Shown here one piece after another: positions 23,667-35,335 of a DNA stretch of 64,000 nucleotides. The stretch is taken from the NCBI GenBank assembly GCA_023920165.1, contig CP089276.1, positions 1,736,001 through 1,800,000 on the forward strand, given 5' to 3'. The notes beneath the pieces were generated by a model. The model made no database searches and was not told where the DNA came from. It was given only the letters and a program-made list of their open reading frames with translations. The first letter of the stretch is position 1. Every line of letters starts with the position of its first letter. The translations under genes were made by a program, and so were the position numbers. Origin of the DNA: Curvularia clavata. Its lineage: Eukaryota.

Positions 23667-24130
23667 ATGAGTGGAGTACCGCATCTCCTCAGCTTTTCTC
23701 GAGCTTATGAGATCACGCCCAGAATTGGGCCGAGTAAGTGTGCCCTCGTATGTTTTCGACCGAGCGATACTGATATACGTCTAGACCAACTTCGGTTTCA
23801 TTAGAGAGATATCCCGCCGGCGAACTGCATTAATATCAATAACGATATCAAGTACAACACCATATTCAAGTTTATAGGTTAGAAGTCCAGCAACAAGAGC
23901 TGGTGTTTCTGTTGCGGAACGAGGGCTAGCCAACACACCCGAGGCTACTGCACTTGTCAGTGGTGCAGTGGCGCTGTCGATAATGACCACTATGATGGAG
24001 TAAGTGCGCCCTCGTGTACTTTCGATAGAGCAATACTGATGCACGCGTAGATGGACTTCGGTTTCCACTGGGGTGATATCTCCCGTCGGACGATGCCCCC
24101 CAGCAGACAACTGGATTAACATCGATGATA
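23667..24130 (+). pseudogene. Decayed paralog of the 8861 CCHC-knuckle gene with a duplicated intron1-exon2 unit
   Basis: Exon 1 is also 67 nt (MSGVPHLLSFSRAYEITPRIGP vs MGGTPHLLRFDQAYETTPRVGL); exon 2 keeps CFCCGTRASQHTRGYCTCQWCSGAVDNDH but has small deletions and two in-frame TAG codons; a second intron-1-like sequence (24000-24050) precedes another exon-2 start (DGLRFPLG*YLP...DNWINIDD). Confidence 0.8.
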
Positions 24131-24311
24131 ATAACGAGCTGGGGACTCTACCCGCCAGCATGAAGCAAAATCCTTTTGTATATACAATAACGGTACATGC
24201 ACCGCTTCGACTATCCAGCGACGAATATGGACTGCGATACGAAGGGTATCACGGCACCGATCCGGACTGGAGACCCGGTACAACTGGACCTACCCGATCT
24301 CATCTACAGGG

Positions 24312-24500
24312 TTGAGTCCGGTTGGGACGAAGTGGCATGCCTCTTCCCCCGGAGATACGGAGCTACCAGAATGTGTAATCTGGAACTCTGTCAGAACATG
24401 TTCACCGGAAAAGGTTGCGAAAAGAAGGTGTAGAACGCGCTTCAGTCGCAGTATAGCAAGCTCCAGACGCAAGAGCTGGAATTCTTAGCCTCGATGGAGA
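24312..24500 (+). pseudogene. Fragment paralogous to the Cys-rich segment of the 25412 ORF
   Basis: GWDEVACLFPRRYGATRMCNLELCQNMFTGK versus GWDEDNCAHYWRYGATRSCHLALC*DMFSGK at ~25590-25680. Confidence 0.65.
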
Positions 24501-24769
24501 ACATGCTCATGCGATGGTGGTTTAGGCCAGGACTTATGGAGGTCTAATGGCCCGTCAGTCACAACAAAGCAAATTTCGAAAGAAGGTGGTTGAAATATCG
24601 GAAAGCCTCAAGTGATGAGCAGGCTGGTATCTTTTCGAGAGAGATCATTTCCATCATGCTTGGTCCAGACGATTTTAGGGCCTTTTGGGTACGCGTTACG
24701 GTTCCGTTTAGTACGGGAATCACTCTGGCCATCAATGGCATGTGCCTCCGGGCAACCCACCGCCGACAT

Positions 24770-25040
24770 ACACGCAAGCACCGTCCTATGGACCGCCCAC
24801 GTCCTATGGACCGACACCGTCCCAGGGAGAGCAACCGCCATATGGGCAGCAACAACCATATGGGCAATCGCAGTCACAGGGACTGTATGGTACGTCTTTT
24901 TTCGGAGCTACATTGGCATGATTCAGCAGCTAACATCTTGTAGGATATTCCCTATATCAGGACGCACCCCCTCAGAGCCATTACCCTGCCCATGGCATGG
25001 CCAGCAACTACCCTACTCACGAAGTTCCCCAGGCCCCTCA
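24770..25040 (+). pseudogene. Inverted fragment paralogous to the 28149 Pro/Gly/Gln-rich gene
   Basis: YGPPTSYGP...QPYGQ, then GTACGT intron, then TAG|GATATTCCCTATATCAGGACG; the same junction TAG|GATATTCCCAATATCAGGACG occurs on the minus strand at 27733-27710. Confidence 0.6.
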
Positions 25041-25411
25041 GGGCATGACGAGAAATCCATCTTTAGGTCCTCCGTCTCATATATTGGACCCTGAGACTCA
25101 TTCCGATGAGTGGAAACGGCCTCCGTAGGCAGCAGAAGCGGATAACCACTATCAAAAGGTCCAGTTGTGAATAGGCAAGACGTCAAAGGCGTTGGCAGAC
25201 CCTCAAGTAACCCAAGTCTTGAGGGCCATGCCATTTTCCTTGGCCTCTGAGGGTAGTCAACTAGGCAAACAGTCTGGCGATATACCAGAGTTACTCTTAC
25301 CAAAAGGCCAGGCGCCTGTTTCTTCTGACGGCAACACACGACGAGACAGAGAGTCTGACCAATATCCGGCCTTGAAACCTGCCAAAAAAGCCTGACTTAT
25401 CTCAGCCGACA

Positions 25412-26338
25412 ATGGCACTAGTCACCTTGGCGAGTGCCAATGGGGTCCCGCCCAAGCAGGTTTACGACGTAAAGTCCATAAAAGGACACGACACTTACAG
25501 CAAGTCGGAAGCTGAGTTGAATCATCCCCTTGGAAAGCAGTTTGATAGCGAGGTTCCGCGCCCGGTTATCCCCGGCAGTTTTGGCCGCGGTTGGGATGAA
25601 GACAACTGCGCCCATTACTGGAGATATGGAGCCACCAGGAGTTGTCATCTGGCGCTCTGCTAGGACATGTTCTCTGGAAAACCCCGTAAAACCAAGAATT
25701 GCAAATGCAGGCACTCTTGGTTCACGAAAGAGCAGGTCGCGTACTTGCTTAGCCGTCCAGAAGGTAGGGCCAGGGCAGCGACGAGAGAATTTCTTCGTTC
25801 TTCCCTCAACTCCTGGTACTCTTCATGGTCCAAGATGGGCATGCGTAAATTTGATGACCCTGGGCCTCTACTTGGAGCACGAGAGGGCAGCTATACCATG
25901 CCTTGCCCATGCGGTGCCGGTAAGCCCCAAGAGGATGCCCGTAGAGAATCCGACAAGGGTACCAAAGCTTTCTCGCTTGAGCAGCTTGCAAGCCAACAGG
26001 GTTCGAGGCAGTCGCGATATGTCCCCATCGATTTCGAATCTGAGCATGGCTCAGACGACCACGACCCAACAGCTTTGTTGCAGAGACGCATGGATACCAT
26101 GCAAAAGAACAAAGCCCAGTACGATGCCGCCATGCCTGACCCTACTGAGGGCGGCAAATGGCAGAAAGAAACGGTCCGCACTCTCATCAAGGAAGACGAT
26201 GCCAAGTTCGTGGCTGGTGGCTTGAAGCAATCAGCCAAGATGAAGGCCTCAATGGTAATCCAGCATACACGATCAATGAAACGCAAAGATTGCGCGGACA
26301 GCCGAGTAACGTCAAAGCCTCGGACAAGGAGACCATAG
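25412..26338 (+). pseudogene. ~308-codon orphan ORF with a CCCH-like Cys/His motif, interrupted by one in-frame TAG
   Basis: ORFs 25412-25663 and 25667-26338 share a frame and are separated only by TAG (25661-25663) and GAC; motif CAHYWRYGATRSCHLALC*DMFSGKPRKTKNCKCRH. Confidence 0.6.
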
Positions 26339-26472
26339 TCTCGGATAAGGACAAGGACATTGCATTCAGCAAAGTCGAGGCATCCACGGGCGACTGCTTA
26401 GGTACATCTGAGCCGTCCGTTGCTGAGGACGAGGATACTGTCGCCAAGTGCGACGACAAGGGTGGCGTGACA

Positions 26473-26668
26473 GTAGAGACATCTGAGGTCTGGTCTACTG
26501 GTTTGGCGATTTCATCGCCAATTTTTTGTAATTGTAGTTTTAGTACCTGGACGTCATAAGGAGAGCGATGTGAAGGTAGAGACCCAAAAGGTCTAGTCTG
26601 CTAGGTAAGCGATTTCATCGCTAATTTTCTGTAACTAATTGTAATTTTAATACCTGAGCGCCACAAGA
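26473..26668 (+). repeat. Imperfect direct repeat, 2 copies offset by 103 bp
   Basis: gtagagac...aggtctggtctactgg...gcgatttcatcgccaattttttgtaattgtagttttagtacctg at 26473 versus gtagagac...aggtctagtctgctag...gcgatttcatcgctaattttctgtaactaattgtaattttaatacctg at 26576. Confidence 0.8.
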
Positions 26669-27173
26669 TGAATGCATGAGCTGTCCAACCGATTTTTGAC
26701 TGTATGCCTATTGTACTGTGTGGTTTCACCCTATGTATCACGACGACCAGTCGTCGCATATCTACATGACGTACAACCTCTGGCCACGTCCTTCGGAAGA
26801 AGATGACTGGCTACCATAAGGGTATATAGGGAGAGCTTTAGGTAGGAGAACCAATGTAAATTCTATATAGTAAATCAAGCAACTCCTCGTAGAGATCGTG
26901 GATGTGGGTGGTAAAGGTATGAGAAGACGACTAAACGACACCAAGCGATAGAGCGAAATCACATTTACCACAAGAAGTAGACATGCCAATACAGCGGAGA
27001 ACTAGTGAATTCTCATTTCAAATCGAAACTCAAAGACTCATGTTTTCGACGTGTGTCCTACTGCTTGAATCCTGCGTGGTACGTCCACGTTCACATCCAT
27101 ATCCACCTCCAACTCGACGAGCTGAGTGAGCTCGGAGAAGTGCCCACCGGGTACCGTCCGACCGTTCGTCTGA

Positions 27174-28149
27174 TTAACTGGCTTTTGAGGCCGAGCGAGT
27201 GACAGGCGAAGCAGCCTGCCTGGACGAATGGTCCTCTGCCGTTCGATCGGCCGCATTCCTGGCTTCCTGCTCCCGAGCCAACGTGTCGCGATACGACGGG
27301 AGGTTTCGTCGCATTTCCTTTACTTCCAACATCCTCGCAGACGTTCTTAATACCTCGCAATGAGAACAATGCCAACATGGATTACGCGTCATTTCCTGAA
27401 GGGGACAGCCGGTCGGAACGTCTTGAGCGAGATGGTTGCTCTGGACGGCGGGGGGGAGAAACCCGATGGCAAACCCCTGGGGGGGAATTACAGCTGGGGC
27501 AGCATGGCTGCTAGTCGTGCCCTGAGGGGGCTGAGAAGTCGGAGCGCCTTGCGCGGGATACGTAGCTGGAGGAGGATAGCTACTGGTCGCGCCCTGAGCG
27601 GGATAAACACCCGGAACTACTTGGGAAGGGTAGTATCCGGTCGTGCCCCAGGTGGCGCCTTGGTTCTGGGGAAGAGGAGCTTGTGGATAGCCGTTATGCT
27701 GGTAAGATACGTCCTGATATTGGGAATATCCTAATGCATATTAGCTCCCATATCTTGGCTAATGAGGAGTAGAACGACTTACCATATGATCCGTAGGGCT
27801 GTGATCCATACCAATGTTGCGGCCCTGAGGGTGTTGGCGGTCCATATGACTGTGGCGGCCACGAGGGTACTGGCGGTCCATTGGGCACTGGCGGTCCGTA
27901 TGGCTGTGGCGGCCACGAGGGCACTGGTGGTCCGTATGACTGTGGCGGCCACGAGGGCACTGGCGGTCCATTGGGCATTGGCGGTCCATGTGACTGTTGC
28001 GGCCCCGATGGCATTGACGGTCCATTGGGTAATGGCGGCTGAGATGGCGGTGGCGGCCCCAAGGGCAATGGTGGTCCATAGGACTGGGACGGCCCATTAG
28101 GCTGGGTATTGTTGCCCGAAGGCGTGGGCCGTTGATGGCTGTTATCCAT
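27174..28149 (-). CDS. Orphan Pro/Gly/Gln/Tyr-rich low-complexity protein (~307 aa) with internal hexapeptide repeats
   Basis: Exons 28149-27783 and 27730-27174, intron 27782-27731 (GTAAGT...CTAAT...TAG), open throughout; 18-bp-unit repeats encode NGPPVP/SWPPQS/YGPPVP; CWHCSHC near the C-terminus. Confidence 0.6.
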
Positions 28150-28895
28150 GATGAAAACGGTACTCAACTCGTATATAGCGAGGTTGAGTGCTTATGGCAG
28201 ACTTTGTTGGTGGGCAAACTGAGGAGCAAGGGGAAACTCTTGTAAGTAGCGCAGTCGCGCTAGTCCAGAATAGGTTGACCAACGGTGAAAGTGACGGATA
28301 TCTTGGCAGTCCCCGGCTTTTTGGGCTACTATATGTCAGATAAAGCCAAAAGAGTATTCATACAAGGGGATAATTACTTATCTTCTTCATAAATACCAGG
28401 AAAAACAATCACAGGGAGCATTGAGAGCCTACGACTACGCACTGATGATGTAAAAGGTTTTTCTGCGGCTGATACATTGTCAGGATTGGAACGAGGCTAC
28501 ATGAAACTCAAAAAGCCGAATCATACGAGGGAAACAGCCGTTATTGGCAGTGCCACTGTAAATGCCTAGAGATGAACTAGGTAAATTGATAAATCACACA
28601 GATGTGGTGCGATAAATACGTCACACACTTAGTTGATTCCCTACGTGTACAAGAAAACCACAAATTTCTTCGATATAAACTGAATTTACCGCAAAGACCA
28701 TACCAAAATACTTATCAGCCTCATCACCAACTAACCTTGCTTGGTTCGGCTTCGTGGTCTTCTGTTGGATAGATGTCCCTAAGAAGTATGCACAATACAA
28801 ATTTTGTCAAATTGATCAATTCTAGTCGACCTGAAATGTTTGTTTATCGATTTGAGAAAGTAAACATACTTTTGTACACGTCTCGCTTAAGATTT

Positions 28896-29821
28896 CTAGG
28901 GCCCATTGCGTATGTCTGGACCTCTAGCCTCTAATTCCTGAGGGACTTTGTTTGCCGCTAGTTCTGCATCTTCACGTTGACCCAACTCTCCATATCCATG
29001 ATTAGACCACATTTCATGTGCATGGACATGTCGCTGATACATTCCCCCCTGTGACAGGTCCGTGTGCAGCTTGCTTCCGTCTGAGGTGCTGGGTTTTCCT
29101 TTGCTGGACTTTCTCGACCTGGATACTAACCATGCGATTGCGGCCGCTACAATTACAAAACCTGCTACGCCCACACTGATACCGACTTTTGCGCCTGTAC
29201 TAAGAACACCTGATGAGACGTTTCCCTCAAAGGTAGAGGACGGGGTAGGCGTCGAGGCTGACGATGTTGTGGCTGAGGAAACGGGTGTCACTGACGAAAA
29301 GGTTATCGTTGAGGGAAGAGTTGGTGTCGGACCCACAGATGCTGCGAGTTCGAAAATGTTGCTTTTCTCATCGCAGCAAGTCTTCTCCCCACAGCACCAA
29401 TTCTCCCCTCCACAATTGTGGACACCCACGTTACCCCATTTGTCGGCGTACTATATTGTCTTATTAGCGACATCCTGACGTGAACTATTCGGCGGTATAC
29501 CTCTGGCTTATTACAGACGTCTCCAAGACAGTACGGACTGTTCCACAGCGGGTCTGTACAGCCCTGTCTTGACCAGACCTGCTCACCCTCATTGTTCCCG
29601 TTATATACCGCATAGTTCTGGCAAAGACCATTCTCCATACACACATCATCTGCGATGCCAACATCTCCGGCGCCGCTATGGTTCGTCATGCAGCATGCAG
29701 AATATTTTGTCGTGTTATTACATGGTTGAAAGGCCGCGTTGAGAAGGGTAGTGCCGTTACGGCTGTAACAGTAGCCGGCTGCACTGGCAATCTGAGATAC
29801 GACGAGGAGATGGAAAAACAT
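28896..29821 (-). CDS. Single-pass membrane protein: signal peptide, Cys-rich ectodomain, S/T stalk, one TM helix
   Basis: MFFHLLVVSQIASAAGYCY...SACC...CMENGLC...GCTDPLWNSPYC; intron 29500-29451; WCCG...CC; TM segment GAKVGISVGVAGFVIVAAAIAWLV followed by SRSRK; tail with ELAA/ELEA motifs. Confidence 0.8.
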
Positions 29822-30358
29822 TATGAAATGTAACAATGAGCAGCGGAGATTCAAAGAAGCCTGTAACACAACGTTGGTTACATAAATCAGGCGAGCATGA
29901 ACGTGGCGTGTTCGCAGGATGTCTTCCCAGTTGCAAATGTGCCTCAGCCTTGTGACTGGTGACTTGTTAAGAATCCTTCGCTAGGCGAGATTGCAAAACG
30001 TGTATATGCAGGTTTAAATAGCAGCAAGCTAGAAGAGTTAGCTTGGCCAAGCTACTGTTGTTTCATATACGCGCGCGGAGTATGGTCATCATGTTATTGG
30101 ATCTTCTTGGAATCCAATGAGAATAGGACGTAAGCGCCAGCTCTACTGCTTCCCTGCAGCGCGCTTAACTACACAAAAGAAGCCACCGTAGGTGGCCATA
30201 GCTTGCAACAGGCCACTACTGACTCTAGAAAGTACGGGTGTTTTGAGTATAAGTAAAAAATAGTTTACTATTACCTAGCCAGAGATGAAGAGGTATTAGC
30301 TTTGTGAATTGTGGCTATTCTATGCAAGATGCATTCTATGTAACGAAGCAAGCAATGC

Positions 30359-33351
30359 TCAGTAGTCCATCAGGATCCCAGCCATCCTTCTCTGATACTT
30401 CTCAACCACCTCCTGGCACCTAACCACCACACCCGCTGCCAGCACTCTCACCTTCTCATCCTCCTCACTTCCAGCGCCTAGGCTATCAAACACCATCTTC
30501 ACCCAGGCCTGCGTCTCCATGAGCTCTCTTCCTTGTTCTGTCGCTAGCCGTTCTTTGTTTTCATTCGTTTCCAACAGCATCAAGAAGCCGAACAAAACCG
30601 CATTCAGGATATTCTTATCTTTACTGGCCAGACCGCGAACAGAGAGCAAGAGATCCCAGTACTCACGTGTCATCTGGGGTAGCGCGAGAGTATTCGGGCC
30701 TGAAGCGTTGAGCAGGATAGAGAGGGTTTGTAGGAAAGGCGGCAAGAGGTGGGTGGAGGCATAGATGGAGTCGCTGTTGGCGCGAACCTGGAGCCACCAG
30801 CGTCCTGTAAGAGGGAAAAAGAAGTTATCTGCCACGATCTGCGCGAGAGCGTTTGGAATAGGTTTGTGCCGCTTCTTCTCTACTTCCATACGCGAGGAAA
30901 ATGTCCGCACTTTCAGGATATTGGGGCCGCTCAGTTGGTCGGCTGCTTGTGATGCAATCGGGGAAAGCATCTCGCGCGCCATACTGCTTGATATCCTTGC
31001 GACAGATGGCCCGCTGTCCTCTTCTGCATAGATTTGGTGTAGATGTGGTGGAAGTCGCTTGCTGGGAAAATTCGGCTTCGGTGGTACCAACTCGTCAGTC
31101 GAAATGTCTTTCATACCTGCTAGCTCACGTGCTCCGATACCAAGAGTCGTGAGCATAGCTATGCGTTGCTGCAGGCTGTAGTCGCCAGAGAAAAAGGACC
31201 GCGCGAACCACTGCGCCATTTGTGCCGGTTTAGCCAGCAGTACAGCAATGAGAGCCTGCTGTCTTTGTTGGGCAAACCACTCCAGCTCTGAGTTGTCTTG
31301 GAGGCCAGTAAGTATTGTGGCAAGGTCCTCAAGATGATCGGTCACTTCGGTTCCAAAGTTCGCTTTGCGACGGATCAGAGACGCAGCTGTGGCTAGAGCA
31401 AGTTCGTGGCGGTCGTAGTTTTCTTGGTCACGTAGACCGGCGATGAGATCCCGGATATAAACGGGTGCTGTGGGCTTGTTACGATTGATGGCTGTGGGAT
31501 CATCCGTGTCGTCTTCCGGGTCAGAATCTGGTTTCTCGTACATCATCAGGTCAGCATCGTCGTCTTCAGACTCAGACATGACTTCAATGACCCGTGGACC
31601 TTGTATTTCGGTAATTCCTGAAAGGTTTGTCGGTTTAGGAGTTGGTTTCGACTTTGGCTGTGGCTTTTTGACAGAAGCTGTGCTGTTCTGCTGGCTTTTA
31701 AGGTCTTTCAGACTTCCAACTTTATCATTGACCTCAGTGAGTCGCTGGTACCAGCTTGCTTCTTCAGCTTCAGCGCCCTCCAGCTCAAACTTCAGCTGCA
31801 GTTCAGGTTTGTCGACCATCTTGGAAATGGCGACACCAACGGCAATCCCCAAGAATCTGGCTCTTACAGATGATGCGCCGATACGATTAGACATCCCGTT
31901 AACATGGTAGGTGGATTTCGCCATCATGGTGAGAAACATGGGCTGCGAGCGCTTCACATAGCCACTACACAGGGCCAAAGTCTGAGCAAGAGCTAGTTTG
32001 GTTAGAATCACAATTTTCAAATTCTGAATGTCACATACCTTCTTGCTGTAGTACTGGCGTGTGGGCAATGTAGACTGAATCGCCAAAGAGCTTGATCAAG
32101 CTTTCTAAAAGGCTGTGTAATTTGTCTGCGGCATATCAGCGACAATCCTCAAACGAACTCTATCATCACTCACCATGGTCTTTTGCCACAGCGGCGATGA
32201 CACTTCGTCGAGCTGATAGTGACTCATCTAGCACAGGTATTGTTGATCGCGTAAGTGATGAGACAAGATGCTCTTTTAGGACATCATTGTCTTTGATCAG
32301 ATCGTAAATCAAACCAGCCGCGGCATCTGTAATTGGAGAGGATGGAATAGGAGCGTCGGTTTTGTTGGTAGTTTCAGCTGAGAGGTACTGCTTTGCAGCA
32401 AATGCAACAATTGCATTCATGTACTTCCGTTGCTCGAATGTTTTCATTTGAGACATCAGGCGTCCGAGACGGTCAACCTCGCCGTTATTGATCATCGCCT
32501 GGAGAGAGGCGCCCATTATGAAATCTAACCAGTCAGCTCCAGGAAAAGATCAGACTGATGAACATACCGATATAGCCCAGCCCCAGGGCCTTTGAACAGA
32601 ACTCTACGACAGCAGTGAGATAGTCTTCGCTTTCGGGACTGCGCTCTAATAAGACGGCGAGATTGCGTCCTAGCCATTCTGCATATTTTTTGCCGTCTGC
32701 AACCCAACTAGAGGCTCTAGACACATCCGAGCTCTTCTTCAAAACGTCCTCCGCTTCTGCTGTGACCGAGAGCAGACGTCCCGACACCACTTGTGTGAGA
32801 TACTCCTTCCATATGAGCTTCTTTTGTATGTCGGTCTTTCCCAACGATAACACATATTTCAATATGAAGAATGAGGTATCATCGCCATGTAGTATCAGCT
32901 CCAAAACCTCGAGTGTATCTGAAATATGTTCAGCTGTATTCCGCTCTTCCCCGGGTTTCTTCCTCTGACGACTATCCGCAATGAGCGAACGGAGTCTCGT
33001 AACAATATGACCCAAACTTGTTGGGTTTCGCAGAATCTTGCCAATTTGATTTGCTGCTTTTGAGCCTTTGATTGATCTCCAGTAGTTTGGAACAGTGTCG
33101 TTGACAAGCTGGTGTGCGATGCTTGCGTTGAGTGGGTCTGGAAGCAGGAGACTAAACCCCTCAGCAGTGAAGTATTCCAGGACGTTATTTAGTGTCCCCC
33201 GACTAGGCTGGTTCTTCAAAGCTCTCAGTGCTGATTCCGCTGAGTCGGTAGTCACTGCATCTTCTTGAATGTTCAGGCTCTTGACCTCTTGAATAAAAGG
33301 CTCGTTGCTGCTGACTTTTTTCGTAGAAACCGCCGTCAGGAAATCAGCCAT
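30359..33351 (-). CDS. TEL2: Telomere length regulation protein Tel2 (TTT complex)
   Basis: Multi-exon; 'PVYIRDLIAGL', 'LIRRKANFGTEV', 'FFSGDYSLQQRIAMLTTLGIGARELAG', 'RTFSSRM'. Confidence 0.88.
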
Positions 33352-33592
33352 AGTGTCTCAGTAGCCCTAACAAAAAGGTGAATGGATGCGTGGCGTGAAG
33401 GGCCTCGACTTTAACAAGCCACTGCAATGTTGCGTAGCGTGGTGCGTAGTGTATTGTGCCCAATCGGCGATTCCTTCCCATGCGCAGACCCGCCTGCTAG
33501 CGTCTTGGCAGATCTTCTACACTCTGATGCCTACACCTACTGCCAGCTCCGCTGGACTTGTCTTGCATCTATCTTCAACACATTTACCAGAA

Positions 33593-35151
33593 ATGGCTGT
33601 CAACGTCAATGATATGGGAGCTGCGTCGACAGCCAATCCCCGGGCGCGATGGTAAGCTAACAAAAGCTGAAGATACCCAAGCTAAGCGCTGATATCATGC
33701 GATAGGAAGTACCTCGACAGGTTCTTGACTCGCAAGGGGCCTTTTACAGATGAGGATAGCTTTATGGCTGGTGAACAAGTCATTGAGTATCTCAGTAATC
33801 TCAAGGTTCTGTAAGGATACCGTGTCTACAACTGCAGAACGTCACAGCTAATTGAACGCAGCGTCATGTGAGTTTGTCATCAAACATCCCAATAGGAGAT
33901 TATCCTCCGATTTTTTCAGTTTGTTTTCTGACATGTTTCAGTGGAGCCGGTGGGCTGGGCTGCGAGATACTCAAGAACCTCGCGCTTTCAGGCTTCAAGG
34001 ACATCCATGTAATCGACATGGATACAATTGACGTCAGCAATCTCAACCGCCAGTTCCTCTTCCGAGCCTCCGATGTAGGAAAATACAAGGCAGAGACTGC
34101 CGCAGCATTCGTAGAAAAACGCGTCAAGGGCGTCAAGATTACTCCCTACTGTGGCAAGATCCAGGACAAGGACGAAGCCTACTACATGCAATTTGGCCTT
34201 ATTGTTTGCGGCCTGGACTCCATCGAGGCAAGACGCTGGATCAACGCCACACTTGTGGGCATGGTAGATGAGAACAATCCGGATTCTATGAAGCCCTTGA
34301 TCGATGGCGGTACAGAGGGATTCAAAGGACAGGCGCGTGTCATCTTCCCCACCATGACTTCTTGCATCGAATGCCAACTAGACATGCACGCACCCCGCGC
34401 TGCGGTACCTCTCTGTACGCTTGCCACTATCCCTAGACAGCCGCAGCATTGCATCGAGTGGGCGCATATCATTGCCTGGGAGGAGGAACGCAAAGACATT
34501 ACTCTCGACACCGACGACCCAGAGCACATAACCTGGCTCTTCAACAAAGCCACCGCTCGAGCCAAGGAATTCAACATCGAGGGCGTAACATACAGCATGA
34601 CTCAAGGCGTAGTCAAGAACATCATCCCTGCAATCGCTAGTACAAACGCCATTGTGGCCGCGAGCTGCTGCAACGAGGCTTTTAAGATTGCAACCAACAG
34701 CAACCCTTTCTTGGGCTACCCTGGTATGGACAATTACATGATGTACACTGGAGACGACTCCGTGTACACATATACGTTTGAGCACCAGAAGAAGGAAGAC
34801 TGTCCTGTATGCGGTGCTGGGAACATTGCACGACCGCTTCAGATTCTTCCTGGCATCACGCTGCAAGAGTTTATCGATGGGCTGGCGGAGCGCCCAGAAG
34901 CGTACGTATATGCTTGTTGCTGGCTGTGTTTGTGTCTTGCGTTACTAACTCACAACAGGCAGCTCAAGAAGCCATCGATCCGCACGGGCGAAAAGTCGCT
35001 CTACATGCAACTTGCGGGTCTCGAGGAGCAGACGCGGCCCAATCTGGAGAAGAAGATGGTCGACTTGGTCGAGGAGGGCGAGGAGCTGCTCATCACGGAC
35101 AAGAGTTTCCCGACACAGTTCAAGTACAAGGTTGTCTGGGCGTCGAAATGA
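33593..35151 (+). CDS. UBA3: NEDD8-activating enzyme E1 catalytic subunit
   Basis: [33 protein letters not shown], 'PLCTLATIPRQPQHCIEWA'; includes a 6-nt microexon at 33862-33867 and a 57-nt last intron at 34902-34958. Confidence 0.95.
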
Positions 35152-35335
35152 GCTCAGTGTCTTTGTCAAGTAAGCCCGCTAATTGGTAGAACGACACCCA
35201 ATACCTCAAGGATGCGGGTTCTGCGGCTATGTAAATCCCATAAAATAGAACCCATGAACCGTCATTTGCTCCGTCGATGTGAGTTTTCGTGATCTCTATA
35301 GTTGTACAGGACTCGTATACATGATCTGCAATCCT

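Noticed and set aside
27790..28060. Regularly spaced repeats resembling a CRISPR array
   Set aside because: Eukaryotic context, no unique spacers, and units are multiples of 18 bp encoding peptide repeats.
28442..28472. C/D-box-like TGATGA...CTGA
   Set aside because: The boxes are only ~20 nt apart, with no terminal stem or recognisable rRNA guide.
34902..34958. Cys-rich insert YVYACCWLCLCLALL in UBA3 (and a similar in-frame insert in NUS1)
   Set aside because: These are stop-free 3n introns with GTACG donors, branch points and CAG acceptors, not protein sequence.
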